Positions 8,712 through 17,586 of a DNA stretch of 35,838 nt are shown piece by piece. The DNA comes from an uncultured Jatrophihabitantaceae bacterium (GTDB taxonomy: Bacteria > Actinomycetota > Actinomycetes > Mycobacteriales > Jatrophihabitantaceae). Below the pieces are notes generated by a model that was not told the origin of the DNA, ran no database searches, and saw only the letters and a program-made list of their open reading frames with translations. How positions within the stretch are numbered: the first letter of the stretch is position 1; every line of letters begins with the position of its first letter. Where the stretch lies: positions 1-35,838 of the forward strand of contig CAXTNQ010000009.1 of the NCBI GenBank assembly GCA_964245745.1. Direction: 5' to 3'. Both the position numbers and the translations under genes were made by a program.

Positions 8712-9485
8712 CTATACGGGGGTGACGTAGGCCCCGCTGATACCTCCGTCGACCAGGAACGTCGACGCCGTGATGAACGACGCGTCGTCGCTGGCCAGGA
8801 AGGTCGCGGCGGCGGCGATCTCCTCGGCTTCGGCGAACCGTCCCATGGGGATGTGCACCATGCGCCGCGCCGCTCGTTCCGGGTCCTTCGCGAACAACTC
8901 GCGCAGCATGGGCGTGTTGACCGGCCCCGGACAGAGGGCGTTGACCCGGACGCCGTCGCGCGCGAACTGCACGCCGAGTTCGCGGCTCATGGCCAGGACG
9001 CCGCCCTTGCTGGCGGTGTAGGAGATTTGGGAGGTGGCCGACCCCATGACCGCGACGAAGGACGCCGTGTTGACGATCGAGCCTCCGCCACGCATCCGCA
9101 TCTGGCCGATCGCGTACTTGCAGCAGAGGTAGACGCTGGTCAGGTTGGCGTCCTGCACGCGTCGCCACGTCTCGAGGTCCGTCTGCAGGATCGAGTCGTC
9201 GTCGGGCGGCGATATGCCCGCGTTGTTGAACACGACGTCGAGGCCATCCAGTGTCTGCACCGCTGCGTCGAACAGGTCGCGTACCGCGCGCTCGTCGGTG
9301 ACGTCCACCGCCTGGAAGCCGGCACCGATTTCCGCCGCGGCCTTCGCGCCTGCTTCGGCGTCGATGTCGACGCACAGCACCTGCGCGCCTTCGTGGACGA
9401 AGCGCGACGCCGTCGCCCGGCCGATGCCGCTGGCCGAGCCCGTGACCACCGCGGCCTTGCCTGCTAGGCGGTCCCCCACACTCAC
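8712..9485 (-). CDS. short-chain dehydrogenase/reductase (SDR)
   Basis: VVTGSASGIGRA cofactor motif and YTASKGG (YxxxK). The GTG start overlaps the upstream stop (GTGA at 9482-9485). Confidence 0.85.
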   Translation of the reverse strand: MSVGDRLAGKAAVVTGSASGIGRATASRFVHEGAQVLCVDIDAEAGAKAAAEIGAGFQAVDVTDERAVRDLFDAAVQTLDGLDVVFNNAGISPPDDDSILQTDLETWRRVQDANLTSVYLCCKYAIGQMRMRGGGSIVNTASFVAVMGSATSQISYTASKGGVLAMSRELGVQFARDGVRVNALCPGPVNTPMLRELFAKDPERAARRMVHIPMGRFAEAEEIAAAATFLASDDASFITASTFLVDGGISGAYVTPV

Positions 9486-10843
9486 TCCTCGGTCGAGATG
9501 AAGACATTCTTGGTTTCGGTGAACGCGAACGGGGCCTCCGGGCCCAGCTCGCGGCCGAGGCCGGACGCTTTGAACCCGCCGAACGGGGTCCAGTAGCGCA
9601 CGGAGGAATTCGAGTTGACGGACAGGTTGCCGCTGTCCACCGCGCGGCTGACGCGCAACGCCCGGCCGACGTCGCGCGTCCAGATCGAGCCGGACAGTCC
9701 GAACGCGCTGTCGTTGGCGAGGCTGACGGCATCCGCCTCGTCGTCGAAGGGGACGACCGCGACGACCGGGCCGAAGATCTCCTCCTGCAACAGACGATCG
9801 TGACGATCCGACGGGGTCAGCACGGTCGGCGGGAACCAGAACCCGGGTCCGTCCGGGGCGCGGCCGCGGAAGGCGACGGGCGCGTCGTCGGGGACGTAGC
9901 CGGTCACGCGGTCGCGCTGCGCGCTGCTGATCAGCGGCCCCATCTCGGTGTGCTCGTCGGCCGGGTCGGCGACGACGACGCCCTTGACTGCGGCCTCGAA
10001 GCGGGCGAGGAAAGTATCGAAGACGTTGCGCTGGACGAGAATCCGGGACCGGGCGCAGCAGTCTTGGCCGGCATTGTCGAACACCGCGTAGGGCGCGGCG
10101 GCCGCCGCCCGGTCGAGGTCCGCGTCGGCGAAGATGACGTTGGCGCTCTTGCCGCCGAGCTCGAGCGTGATCCGCTTCAGGTGCTGGGCGGCGCGCGCCA
10201 TGATCTGCCGGCCGACGTCCGTCGACCCCGTGAAGACAATCTTGGCGACGTCCGGGTGGTCGACCAGACGCTGGCCGACCACGGACCCAGGGCCGGGAAC
10301 GACCTGCAGGACGTTGGCCGGCAGCCCGGCGTCCCGGGCGAGCTCGGCCAGTCGCAACGCGGTGAGCGGGGTCAGCTCCGCCGGCTTGATCAGGACGCAG
10401 TTACCGGCGGCGAGGGCCGGCGCGAAGCCCCACGACGCGATCGGCATGGGGAAGTTCCACGGCACGATGATCCCGACTACGCCGAGCGGCTCGTGGAATG
10501 TGACGTCGACCCCTCCGGCCACCGGAATCTGCTGGCCGGACAGGCGCTCCGGGCTTCCGGCGTAATAAGAAATGACGTCGCGGGCGTTGCCGGCCTCCGA
10601 GCGCGCGTTCGAGATCGTGTGACCGGCGTTGGCCACCTCGAGCCGGGCGAGCTGCTCGCGGTCGGCGTCGACGGCCTCGGCGAAGCGCCGGAGCAGTCGC
10701 GCTCGATCGCCCGGAGAAACGGCGCGCCAACCCGGAAAGGCTCGCCGGGCACGGTCGATCGCGGCGTCGGTCTGCTCGACGTCGCAGGCCTCGACCGTGG
10801 CCACGACCTGTTCGGTCGCCGGGTTGATGAGGGCGCTTGTCAC
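9482..10843 (-). CDS. NAD(P)-dependent aldehyde dehydrogenase
   Basis: ELGGKSANVIF and FDNAGQDCCARSR (catalytic Glu and Cys motifs). GTG start at 10843. Confidence 0.9.
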   Translation of the reverse strand: MTSALINPATEQVVATVEACDVEQTDAAIDRARRAFPGWRAVSPGDRARLLRRFAEAVDADREQLARLEVANAGHTISNARSEAGNARDVISYYAGSPERLSGQQIPVAGGVDVTFHEPLGVVGIIVPWNFPMPIASWGFAPALAAGNCVLIKPAELTPLTALRLAELARDAGLPANVLQVVPGPGSVVGQRLVDHPDVAKIVFTGSTDVGRQIMARAAQHLKRITLELGGKSANVIFADADLDRAAAAAPYAVFDNAGQDCCARSRILVQRNVFDTFLARFEAAVKGVVVADPADEHTEMGPLISSAQRDRVTGYVPDDAPVAFRGRAPDGPGFWFPPTVLTPSDRHDRLLQEEIFGPVVAVVPFDDEADAVSLANDSAFGLSGSIWTRDVGRALRVSRAVDSGNLSVNSNSSVRYWTPFGGFKASGLGRELGPEAPFAFTETKNVFISTEE

Positions 10844-10919
10844 GACAGATCACCGCTCTTCGCGCAAGCGCTCATCGCCCTTGCTTCGCTTCTCACGCCT
10901 GCGGCGCTGCGGTGCTCAC

Positions 10920-12278
10920 TCATAGCCGCTCGAAGCCGCGCATGCGTTCCCAATCGGTGACCGCCGCGTCGAAGGCGGCCAACTCGACGCGCGCATAGTT
11001 GGCGTAGTGTTCGACGACGGCGTCGCCGAACGCCTCGCGCGCGATGCGGCTCGCGCGCCACAGTCCAGCCGCTTCCGCCAAGGTCGTCGGCACGTGCTCC
11101 GAGTCTGCGTCATAGGCGTTACCGGCAAACGCGTCCTCCAACGGCAACGCGTTCTCGAGGCCGTGCAGGCCGGCGGCGATCAGGCCGGCCACCGCCAGAT
11201 ACGGGTTCACATCGCCGCCGGGCACCCGGTTCTCGAAACGCAGGCTCTGGCCGTGCCCGACGATACGTAGTGCGCACGTCCGGTTGTCCAGACCCCACTT
11301 GACGGCCGTAGGCGCAAAAGAACCCGGTTGATACCTCTTGTAGGAGTTGACGTTGGGCGCGAAGAGCACCGTCAAGTCGCGCAACGCGGCCAACTGACCG
11401 GCCAGGAAGTGTTCGAAGTCCTTCGACATGCCGTGCGGCCGATCGCCGGCGAACACGGGCTCGCCGTCCGACGTGCGCAGCGATAGGTGAATGTGGCAGG
11501 AGTTCCCTTCGAGCTCGTTGTACTTGGCCATGAACGTCAAGGACGACCCGTGCTGCGCGGCGATTTCCTTTGCACCCGTCTTGTAGACCGAGTGGTTGTC
11601 GCAGGTGGTGAGCGCATCGGCGTAGCGGAAGGCGATCTCGTGCTGCCCGAGGTTGCATTCGCCCTTGGCCGACTCAACCTGCAGACCGGCCCCACGCATG
11701 CCGAGCCGGATCGCCCGCAACAGCGGCTCGACGCGCGACGTGCCGAGCACCGAGTAGTCGACGTTGTACTGGTTGGCTCCGGTCAGGCCGACGTAGTGGG
11801 CGGCGCGAGCATGCTCGTAGCTGTCGGCGAACACGATGAACTCGAGCTCGGTGCCGACCATGGCCTGCCAGCCGCGTTCGGCCAGCCGCTCGAGTTGCCG
11901 CTGCAGGATCTGCCTCGGTGACTCGATCACGGGCGCGCCGTCGAGCCAGCGGACATCGGCGAGGACCAGCGCGGTGCCGGGCTGCCACGGAATCCGGCGC
12001 AGCGTGGCGAAGTCCGGCGTCATCTCGAAGTCGCCGTAGCCCCGGTCCCAGCTGGAGATCGCGTAGCCGTCGACGGTGTTCATGTCTACGTCGACCGCGA
12101 GCAGGTAGTTGCATCCCTCGGTGCCGTGTGCGATCACCTCGTCGACGAAGTGATGCGCGTCGAACCGCTTGCCCTGTAGGCGTCCCTGCATGTCCACGAT
12201 GGCGAGGACGACGGTGTCGATCGAGCCGTCCTCGACGGCGACACGCAAGCCCTCGACGGACAGCGACGGGCCGGTCAT
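10920..12278 (-). CDS. glutamine synthetase family enzyme (gamma-glutamyl-amine synthetase type, GlnA3/GlnA4/PuuA-like)
   Basis: Internal ATG at 12278 preceded by GGGAGA (the ORF extends to 12413 but lacks an SD). GS catalytic-domain motifs include EGNSCHIHLSL, NSYKRY and ENRVPGGDVNPYL. Confidence 0.85.
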   Translation of the reverse strand: MTGPSLSVEGLRVAVEDGSIDTVVLAIVDMQGRLQGKRFDAHHFVDEVIAHGTEGCNYLLAVDVDMNTVDGYAISSWDRGYGDFEMTPDFATLRRIPWQPGTALVLADVRWLDGAPVIESPRQILQRQLERLAERGWQAMVGTELEFIVFADSYEHARAAHYVGLTGANQYNVDYSVLGTSRVEPLLRAIRLGMRGAGLQVESAKGECNLGQHEIAFRYADALTTCDNHSVYKTGAKEIAAQHGSSLTFMAKYNELEGNSCHIHLSLRTSDGEPVFAGDRPHGMSKDFEHFLAGQLAALRDLTVLFAPNVNSYKRYQPGSFAPTAVKWGLDNRTCALRIVGHGQSLRFENRVPGGDVNPYLAVAGLIAAGLHGLENALPLEDAFAGNAYDADSEHVPTTLAEAAGLWRASRIAREAFGDAVVEHYANYARVELAAFDAAVTDWERMRGFERL

Positions 12279-12300
12279 GGCGTCTCCCTTGCGATCGGCA

Positions 12301-12323
12301 GAAGGTATCACGGACGTACCTTC
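12301..12323. promoter_or_regulatory. perfect inverted repeat GAAGGTA-N9-TACCTTC upstream of the GS-like gene (candidate GntR/FadR operator, or terminator of the regulator gene)
   Basis: GAAGGTA 12301-12307 and TACCTTC 12317-12323. The core GGTA-N9-TACC fits the general GT-Nx-AC GntR-type half-site logic. It lies between the regulator stop (12334) and the GS start (12278). Confidence 0.35.
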
Positions 12324-12333
12324 GTGGGGCGGG

Positions 12334-13095
12334 TCAGTCGAGTAGCCCTCGGAGCAGGGCGGCCGTGGCGTCGACGTGCTCCTCCATCGTCGTCCGGGCA
12401 CGCTCCGGTTCACCGGCCAACACCGCGTCGACGACGGCCGCGTGCTGCCGATCGGAGTGCGCGATGTTGACCGGGATGACGGGGATCGCCCGCAGCAATT
12501 CGTCCAGACGCAGCTGCACGTCGGCGACGGCGGCGGCCAACGTGGAACTGCCCGCCGCGGCCGCGATCGCCATGTGCAGTCGCGAATCGGTTAGCCGTCG
12601 ACGCGCCGGGTCAGCCCCTTCGGCGGCCGCCAGGCAGCGGTGCAGCGTCGCCCGGTCGGCCGCGGTCAATGTGCGGGTGGCGGCGAGCGCGGCGGCGCCG
12701 GGTTCGACGACCCGCCGGGTGTCGAGGGCGTCGTCGCCGGCGCCGCGCATAGCCCGGCCGATGTGCTCGACCCGACGTGGCCGCCCGACGCGCGGTGCGA
12801 CCACGAAGGTGCCGCCGCCCCGTCCGCGGCGCGAGTCGACGAGGCCGACGCTGCGCAACGCCTTGATCGCCTCGCGCAGGGTTACCCGGCTGACCCCGAA
12901 GGTGGCAGCGAGTTCGCGCTCGGGCGGCAGGCGGTCGCCCTCGATAAGGACGCCGAGGCGGATCCCCTGCGCCAATCGCTCGACGGTCACCTCGAAGGCG
13001 TTCCGTACGGGCACGGGACAGAACACCGAACGCGCCCACAGCTCCTCGACCGTGCCGGTCACCTCCGTCAGGCGATCGCGACAGAGGACCGGCAT
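12334..13095 (-). CDS. GntR/FadR-family transcriptional regulator (wHTH plus FCD domain)
   Basis: The HTH is LPPERELAATFGVSRVTLREAIKALRSVGLVDSRRGRGGGTFV. The C-terminal half is all-helical and FCD-like. ATG 13095 overlaps the upstream gene by 28 nt. An alternative GTG at 13062 lies just after that gene's stop. Confidence 0.8.
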   Translation of the reverse strand: MPVLCRDRLTEVTGTVEELWARSVFCPVPVRNAFEVTVERLAQGIRLGVLIEGDRLPPERELAATFGVSRVTLREAIKALRSVGLVDSRRGRGGGTFVVAPRVGRPRRVEHIGRAMRGAGDDALDTRRVVEPGAAALAATRTLTAADRATLHRCLAAAEGADPARRRLTDSRLHMAIAAAAGSSTLAAAVADVQLRLDELLRAIPVIPVNIAHSDRQHAAVVDAVLAGEPERARTTMEEHVDATAALLRGLLD

Positions 13096-13784
13096 GCGGC
13101 GACGAACCCGTCGAAGAGGTGACCGCTTCCGGCGATCTCGGGGTGCCACTGCACACCGACCACCCACGCCGCGCCGGGCAGCTCAATGGCCTCGACGGTG
13201 CCGTCTCCCGCCCGTCCGGAAACCACCAGCCCACGTCCCAGGCGGTCGACGGCCTGGCGGTGGTAGGCGGCTACCTCGATACGGGGACCGATGAGCTCGG
13301 CCAGGCGCGTGTGCGGTTGCACGTCGACCGTTTCGCGCCCGTGCACACCGAGGTCGGCCCGGTGCGCGGTGTGCCCGACCACGTCCGGCAGGTACTGGAT
13401 AAGCGTGCCGCCGCGCGCGACGTTGAGCAGTTGCGCACCTCGGCAGATCGCCAACACCGGGACGTCCCGGGCGAGGGCGGCGTCGACCAGAGCCAGCTCC
13501 CACGCGTCGCGTTCGGGATGCACCGGTCCGGTCTGGGGATGCGGGGTGGCGCCGTACCGGGACGGCTCGACGTCCGCGCCGCCGGCGAGCAGCAGGCCGT
13601 GCACGCCGTCGAGCGCGGTGTGCGCCTCCTCCTCCGAGCCGCCGGGTGGCAGGAGCAGAGGAACGCCGCCGGCGTCCCGCACGGCCTCGGTATACGCGAC
13701 GGGCAGCAGGTCGGCGTGCCGGTTCGTCCATGCTCCCCACCGGGCGGCCTCGCGGTACATCGTCAGGCCGATACGCGGACGCAT
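13068..13784 (-). CDS. class-I glutamine amidotransferase / gamma-glutamyl-GABA hydrolase (PuuD, peptidase C26) family
   Basis: Internal ATG 13784 (MRPRIGLTMY...). Nucleophile elbow VLAICRGAQLLN and VGVQWHPE motif. Confidence 0.8.
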   Translation of the reverse strand: MRPRIGLTMYREAARWGAWTNRHADLLPVAYTEAVRDAGGVPLLLPPGGSEEEAHTALDGVHGLLLAGGADVEPSRYGATPHPQTGPVHPERDAWELALVDAALARDVPVLAICRGAQLLNVARGGTLIQYLPDVVGHTAHRADLGVHGRETVDVQPHTRLAELIGPRIEVAAYHRQAVDRLGRGLVVSGRAGDGTVEAIELPGAAWVVGVQWHPEIAGSGHLFDGFVAACRSSVAIA

Positions 13785-13824
13785 GGCCGAAATGGTAGGC
13801 CCGTCAGCCCTAAGCTCACGTGCT

Positions 13825-14574
13825 GTGCCGATCGACCTCAACGCCGACCTCGGCGAGGGATTCGGCGTGTGGCGGCTCGGCGACGACGAGGCGTTGTTGG
13901 ACGTGGTGTCGAGCGCCAACGTGGCTTGCGGCTTTCACGGCGGCGATCCGACCACCATGGTTCGGGTGTGCGGGCTCGCGGTGACGCGCGGGGTGGCCAT
14001 CGGTGCCCAGGTCGGCTATCCCGACCTCGTGGGCTTCGGTCGCCGACGACTGGACGTGGCGCCCGACGATCTCCGCGCCGATGTGCTCTACCAGGTCGGC
14101 GCCCTGAACGCGTGTGCGCGCGCCGGTGGTGGCGCGGTCCGCTACCTGAAGCCGCACGGGGCGCTGTACAACACGGCCGCGGACGACCCCGGTCAGGCGA
14201 CAGCGGTGATCGACGCCGCCGGCACGCTCGGCCTGCCCGTGCTCGGGCCACCCGCGTCTGCGCTGGCGGACGCCGCTGCCCGGACCGGTGTGCCGTTCGT
14301 GGTCGAAGCGTTCGCCGACCGCGCGTATACGCGGACCCGGCGTCTCGTGCCCCGTTCGGACCCCGCCGCACTGATCACCGACGAGGCGTCGGTCGTCGAG
14401 CGCAGTGTGCGGCTCGCGCGTGACAGCACGGTCGTCGCGGTGGACGGCACGGTGGTGGACGTCGAGGCGCAGTCGTTGTGCGTACACGGCGACACGCCAG
14501 GTGCGGCGGCACTGGCCAGGCAGATCCGCCGGGCGCTGGCCGACGCTGGCGTGTCGGTGGAACCGTTCGCGTGA
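13825..14574 (+). CDS. pxpA: 5-oxoprolinase subunit A (LamB/YcsF family)
   Basis: VPIDLNADLGEGFG ... ANVACGFHGGDP ... YLKPHGALYN. GTG 13825 gives the family-typical N-terminus. In-frame ATGs at 13783 and 13792 are alternatives. Confidence 0.85.
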   Translation: MPIDLNADLGEGFGVWRLGDDEALLDVVSSANVACGFHGGDPTTMVRVCGLAVTRGVAIGAQVGYPDLVGFGRRRLDVAPDDLRADVLYQVGALNACARAGGGAVRYLKPHGALYNTAADDPGQATAVIDAAGTLGLPVLGPPASALADAAARTGVPFVVEAFADRAYTRTRRLVPRSDPAALITDEASVVERSVRLARDSTVVAVDGTVVDVEAQSLCVHGDTPGAAALARQIRRALADAGVSVEPFA

Positions 14575-15185
14575 ACGTCCGGCCCTACGGCGACGACGCC
14601 CTACTCGTGGATCTCGTCGCGACGGACCCCGAGCCCCACGCGCTGCGCGAGGTGCTGCTCGGCGCCGACCTGGACGGCGTCGGCGAGGTGGTGCCGGGCG
14701 CCCGCACGCTGCTCGTCCACGTCGATGCCGCCAGATGGGACCCGGCCGCGCTGCGAGCGGTGCTCGCCGGACCGGCGCGCCCAGTTGCCCGCGGCACGGT
14801 TCCCGCAGACCTCATCGAGCTGCCGGTGCGTTATGACGGGGCCGACCTGGCCGACGTAGCCGCCCAGGTTGGTGCCTCGTGCGACGACGTTGCCGCATGG
14901 CATGCGGCGCCGACCTATACCGTCGCCTTCTGCGGCTTCGCACCCGGTTTCGCCTACCTGCGCGGCCTCGATCCCCGCCTGCACCTACCGCGCCTGGCCA
15001 CTCCCCGCGAACGCGTGCCGGCGGGCGCCGTGGGCATCGCGGACGAGTACACCGGGGTGTATCCGCACCGCTCCCCCGGTGGCTGGCGGCTCATCGGGCA
15101 TAGCGCCGCCGTGCTCTGGGACCTCGACCGCACGCCGCCGGCGGTACTCAGTCCCGGGACCCAGGTGCGGTTCGCCCCGACGTGA
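14571..15185 (+). CDS. pxpB: 5-oxoprolinase subunit B (KipI / allophanate hydrolase subunit 1 family)
   Basis: The GTG start overlaps the pxpA stop (GTGA). FCGFAPGFAYL and YPHRSPGGWRLIG motifs. Confidence 0.85.
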   Translation: MNVRPYGDDALLVDLVATDPEPHALREVLLGADLDGVGEVVPGARTLLVHVDAARWDPAALRAVLAGPARPVARGTVPADLIELPVRYDGADLADVAAQVGASCDDVAAWHAAPTYTVAFCGFAPGFAYLRGLDPRLHLPRLATPRERVPAGAVGIADEYTGVYPHRSPGGWRLIGHSAAVLWDLDRTPPAVLSPGTQVRFAPT

Positions 15186-16000
15186 TCGAGATCGTCGCCT
15201 GCCGGCCGCTGACCACCGTGCAAGACCTCGGTCGACCGGGCTACGCGCACCTTGGCGTGAGCCGCTCGGGCGCTGCCGATCGTGGCGCGCTGGCTCGCGC
15301 CAACCGCCTCGTCGGCAACGCGCCGGGGGCGGCGGCCCTGGAGATCACCCTGGGTGGCCTGGTCGCCCGTTTCGACCGGGCGGCCAGCATCGCGCTAACG
15401 GGCGCGCCATGCCCGGGCGGCGACCCCGACGTTGCCGTGAGCGTCGCCGCGGGTCACCTGCTCCGGCTCGTCACGCCTGAGACCGGCCTGCGTACCTACC
15501 TCTCGGTGCGCGGCGGTATCGACGTCGCGCCCGTGCTCGGCTCGCGTAGCACGGACACCCTCAGCTCGCTCGGACCGCCCGCCGTCCGCGCCGGCGCCGT
15601 CCTGCCGGTCGGGTCCGACGTCACCGGCCCGGTCAGTGGTGAGGTGGCCGTCCCGTCTCCGGTCGCGGGGGTCCGCCTCGCGGCCGGCCCGCGTGCCGAG
15701 TGGTTCGTCGAACACGCTCTGTCCACCCTGCTCGGGGCAGCGTGGACGGTCCGGCCGGACTCCGACCGGGTCGGCGTCCGCCTGGACGGACCACTCCTGC
15801 GCCGACGGGACCGGTCCGAACTGCCGAGTGAGCCGACCCTGCCTGGTGCGTTGCAGGTGCCGCCGGACGGCCGCCCGATCGTGCTCGGTCCGGACGCTCC
15901 GGTGACCGGGGGCTACCCGGTGATCGCCGTCGTGCGGTCCGTCGACCTCGATCAGATCGCGCAGCTGCGTCCCGGCGATCGTCTGCGGTTCGGGCGCTAG
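15182..16000 (+). CDS. pxpC: 5-oxoprolinase subunit C (KipA / allophanate hydrolase subunit 2 family)
   Basis: The GTG start overlaps the pxpB stop (GTGA at 15182-15185). TTVQDLGRPGYAHLGVSRSGAAD, with GGYPVIAVV near the C-terminus. Confidence 0.85.
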   Translation: MIEIVACRPLTTVQDLGRPGYAHLGVSRSGAADRGALARANRLVGNAPGAAALEITLGGLVARFDRAASIALTGAPCPGGDPDVAVSVAAGHLLRLVTPETGLRTYLSVRGGIDVAPVLGSRSTDTLSSLGPPAVRAGAVLPVGSDVTGPVSGEVAVPSPVAGVRLAAGPRAEWFVEHALSTLLGAAWTVRPDSDRVGVRLDGPLLRRRDRSELPSEPTLPGALQVPPDGRPIVLGPDAPVTGGYPVIAVVRSVDLDQIAQLRPGDRLRFGR

Positions 16001-16075
16001 ACCGTGTCTTCTTGGGTCGCCCGGCCGCGGCTCTCGCCGCGAACTCGCGCTCGCGCGAGAAGGGACGACCCGACG

Positions 16076-16390
16076 TCAGTCGTCGTGACGGCGAGCGGCG
16101 CGTACCCGCAACAGCACCAACAACGCCACGGCCGCGGCCGCCCCACCGAGAATCGCTTTGCCTCGCGGGGATTGCGCCCAGTGCAGCGCAGTCGTCTTCG
16201 CCTCGTCCGCCAGCCGTTTCGGGCTCGTCCGCTCGGCGAGCTGGTCGACCGTCGAGGCGAGCGACGCCCGTGCCTGCTCGATCTCGCGCTGGACGTCCTC
16301 CGGGGTCCGTGCCGTGCCCGAGGTTCCTGCCGTCCCGTCCGCCACCCGTTCGCCTCTCTGGTCGGCCGTAGCTCGTCGAGCCATCGCCAT
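16076..16390 (-). CDS. DUF3618-like small membrane-anchored protein
   Basis: Internal ATG 16390. RTPEDVQREIEQARASLASTVDQLAERTSPKRL followed by a C-terminal TM helix (AILGGAAAAVALLVLL). Confidence 0.6.
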   Translation of the reverse strand: MAMARRATADQRGERVADGTAGTSGTARTPEDVQREIEQARASLASTVDQLAERTSPKRLADEAKTTALHWAQSPRGKAILGGAAAAVALLVLLRVRAARRHDD

Positions 16391-16465
16391 GGCGTCGGCG
16401 CCCGAGCAGCGGCGTCGTCGCGCGCAGCCTAATGCGGTGACGAGGACATCACCTATGGTCGTCTC

Positions 16466-16930
16466 ATGCCACGACTCGCGACCGGCGATACCGCGCCGGA
16501 CTTCACGCTTCCCGACGCCGACGGTCGCGAGGTATCGCTGCACGACTACCGCGGGCGCAAGGTCGTCGTCTACTTCTACCCGGCCGCGTCCACGCCGGGC
16601 TGCACGACGCAGGCGTGCGATTTCCGGGACAACCTCAGCGACCTCAACGACGCCGGCATCGACGTCCTCGGCGTATCGCCCGACAAGCCGGTGAAGCTCG
16701 CGTCCTTCCGCGACGCCGAGAAGCTCACCTTCCCGCTGCTCTCCGACCCGTCACACGACACCCTCGAGGCGTACGGGACGTGGGGCGAGAAGTCGATGTA
16801 CGGCAAAACCGTGACCGGCGTCATCCGCTCGACCTTCGTGGTGGACCAGCAGGGCAAGATCGACGAAGCCCTCTACAACGTCCGCGCGTCGGGTCACGTC
16901 GCGAAGCTGCGCAAGGACCTGGGCGTCTGA
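16466..16930 (+). CDS. bcp: thioredoxin-dependent thiol peroxidase (peroxiredoxin Bcp)
   Basis: FYPAASTPGCTTQAC peroxidatic-Cys motif. 154 aa. Confidence 0.9.
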   Translation: MPRLATGDTAPDFTLPDADGREVSLHDYRGRKVVVYFYPAASTPGCTTQACDFRDNLSDLNDAGIDVLGVSPDKPVKLASFRDAEKLTFPLLSDPSHDTLEAYGTWGEKSMYGKTVTGVIRSTFVVDQQGKIDEALYNVRASGHVAKLRKDLGV

Positions 16931-16964
16931 CCCACGAGGCCGCCGACGATCGGGCAGCCGGAGG

Positions 16965-16994
16965 TCGACGGTCATTGCCCGACTCGACCGTCGA
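16965..16994. terminator. 9-bp hairpin between convergent bcp and the DinB-family gene
   Basis: TCGACGGTC (16965-16973) pairs with GACCGTCGA (16986-16994), with a 12-nt loop. It overlaps the minus-gene stop codon. Confidence 0.35.
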
Positions 16995-17556
16995 TGCACT
17001 CGCGGAGCAGGTCGGCGTGTCCGCAGTGCCGGGCGTACTCCTCGATCCGGTGCACCATCAGCTCCCGGACGGCGATCCCGTCCTCCGGTAGACGCTCACC
17101 GAGGTCGGGGTGCCGCGCCAGCGCGGCGTCGGTCGCGGCCTGCTCGGCGGCGAGCACCGCGTAGGCGGTATCGACCGAAGCCTGTTCGGCCACGGCACCG
17201 TCGAAGTCAGAGCCGCCGTACAGGCGCGGCAACGGTGCGTCGTCGCCGATCCAGTTGCGCCAGTCCCGTTCCGCCTCGGCGAGGTGGCGGAGCAGGCCGA
17301 GCAGCGACATCGTCGACGGCGGCACCGATCGACGGGCCAGCTGCTCCGCGTCCAGACCCTCACACTTCATTCGCAGGGTCATTCGGTAGCTCGTCACGTA
17401 GTCCTCGAGCGTCGCCAGTTCGCCGTCCGGGCTGACGCCGTTGCTGTTGCGCGGGTCGTCGGCCGGGTCGACCCACATATCGGGAAAGACCGTGGCCCGG
17501 GTCCACCGGTTGGGCGTGCTCACTGGATCATCCTTCGAGGTGTCACGGACCAGCAT
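16972..17556 (-). CDS. DinB/DUF664 family protein
   Basis: LEDYVTSYRMTLRMKCEGLDAEQLARRSVPPSTMSLLGLLRHLAEAERDW and C-terminal RHCGHADLLRE. Alternative GTG start at 17523. Confidence 0.7.
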   Translation of the reverse strand: MLVRDTSKDDPVSTPNRWTRATVFPDMWVDPADDPRNSNGVSPDGELATLEDYVTSYRMTLRMKCEGLDAEQLARRSVPPSTMSLLGLLRHLAEAERDWRNWIGDDAPLPRLYGGSDFDGAVAEQASVDTAYAVLAAEQAATDAALARHPDLGERLPEDGIAVRELMVHRIEEYARHCGHADLLRECIDGRVGQ

Positions 17557-17586
17557 TGTCGTCCGCAGACCCGGCCCCGCAACGGC

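Noticed and set aside
7738-9732. Very long alternative-frame or antisense ORFs: 7738-9732 (-, 664 aa), 11918-13294 (+, 458 aa), 72-1070 (+), 13119-14423 (+), 19403-20266 (+) and many others.
   Set aside because: Their translations are Arg/Pro/Ala/Gly-rich low-complexity strings with no motifs. They overlap well-supported genes in another frame. Such stop-free frames are expected in DNA of about 70% GC.
13783-13825. Overlapping divergent start codons (CATG at 13782-13785) for the puuD-like gene and pxpA.
   Set aside because: pxpA family N-termini normally begin at the (M/V)xIDLNxDxGE motif. This favours GTG 13825 and leaves a 40-bp divergent gap rather than an overlap. It cannot be resolved without transcription or translation start-site mapping.
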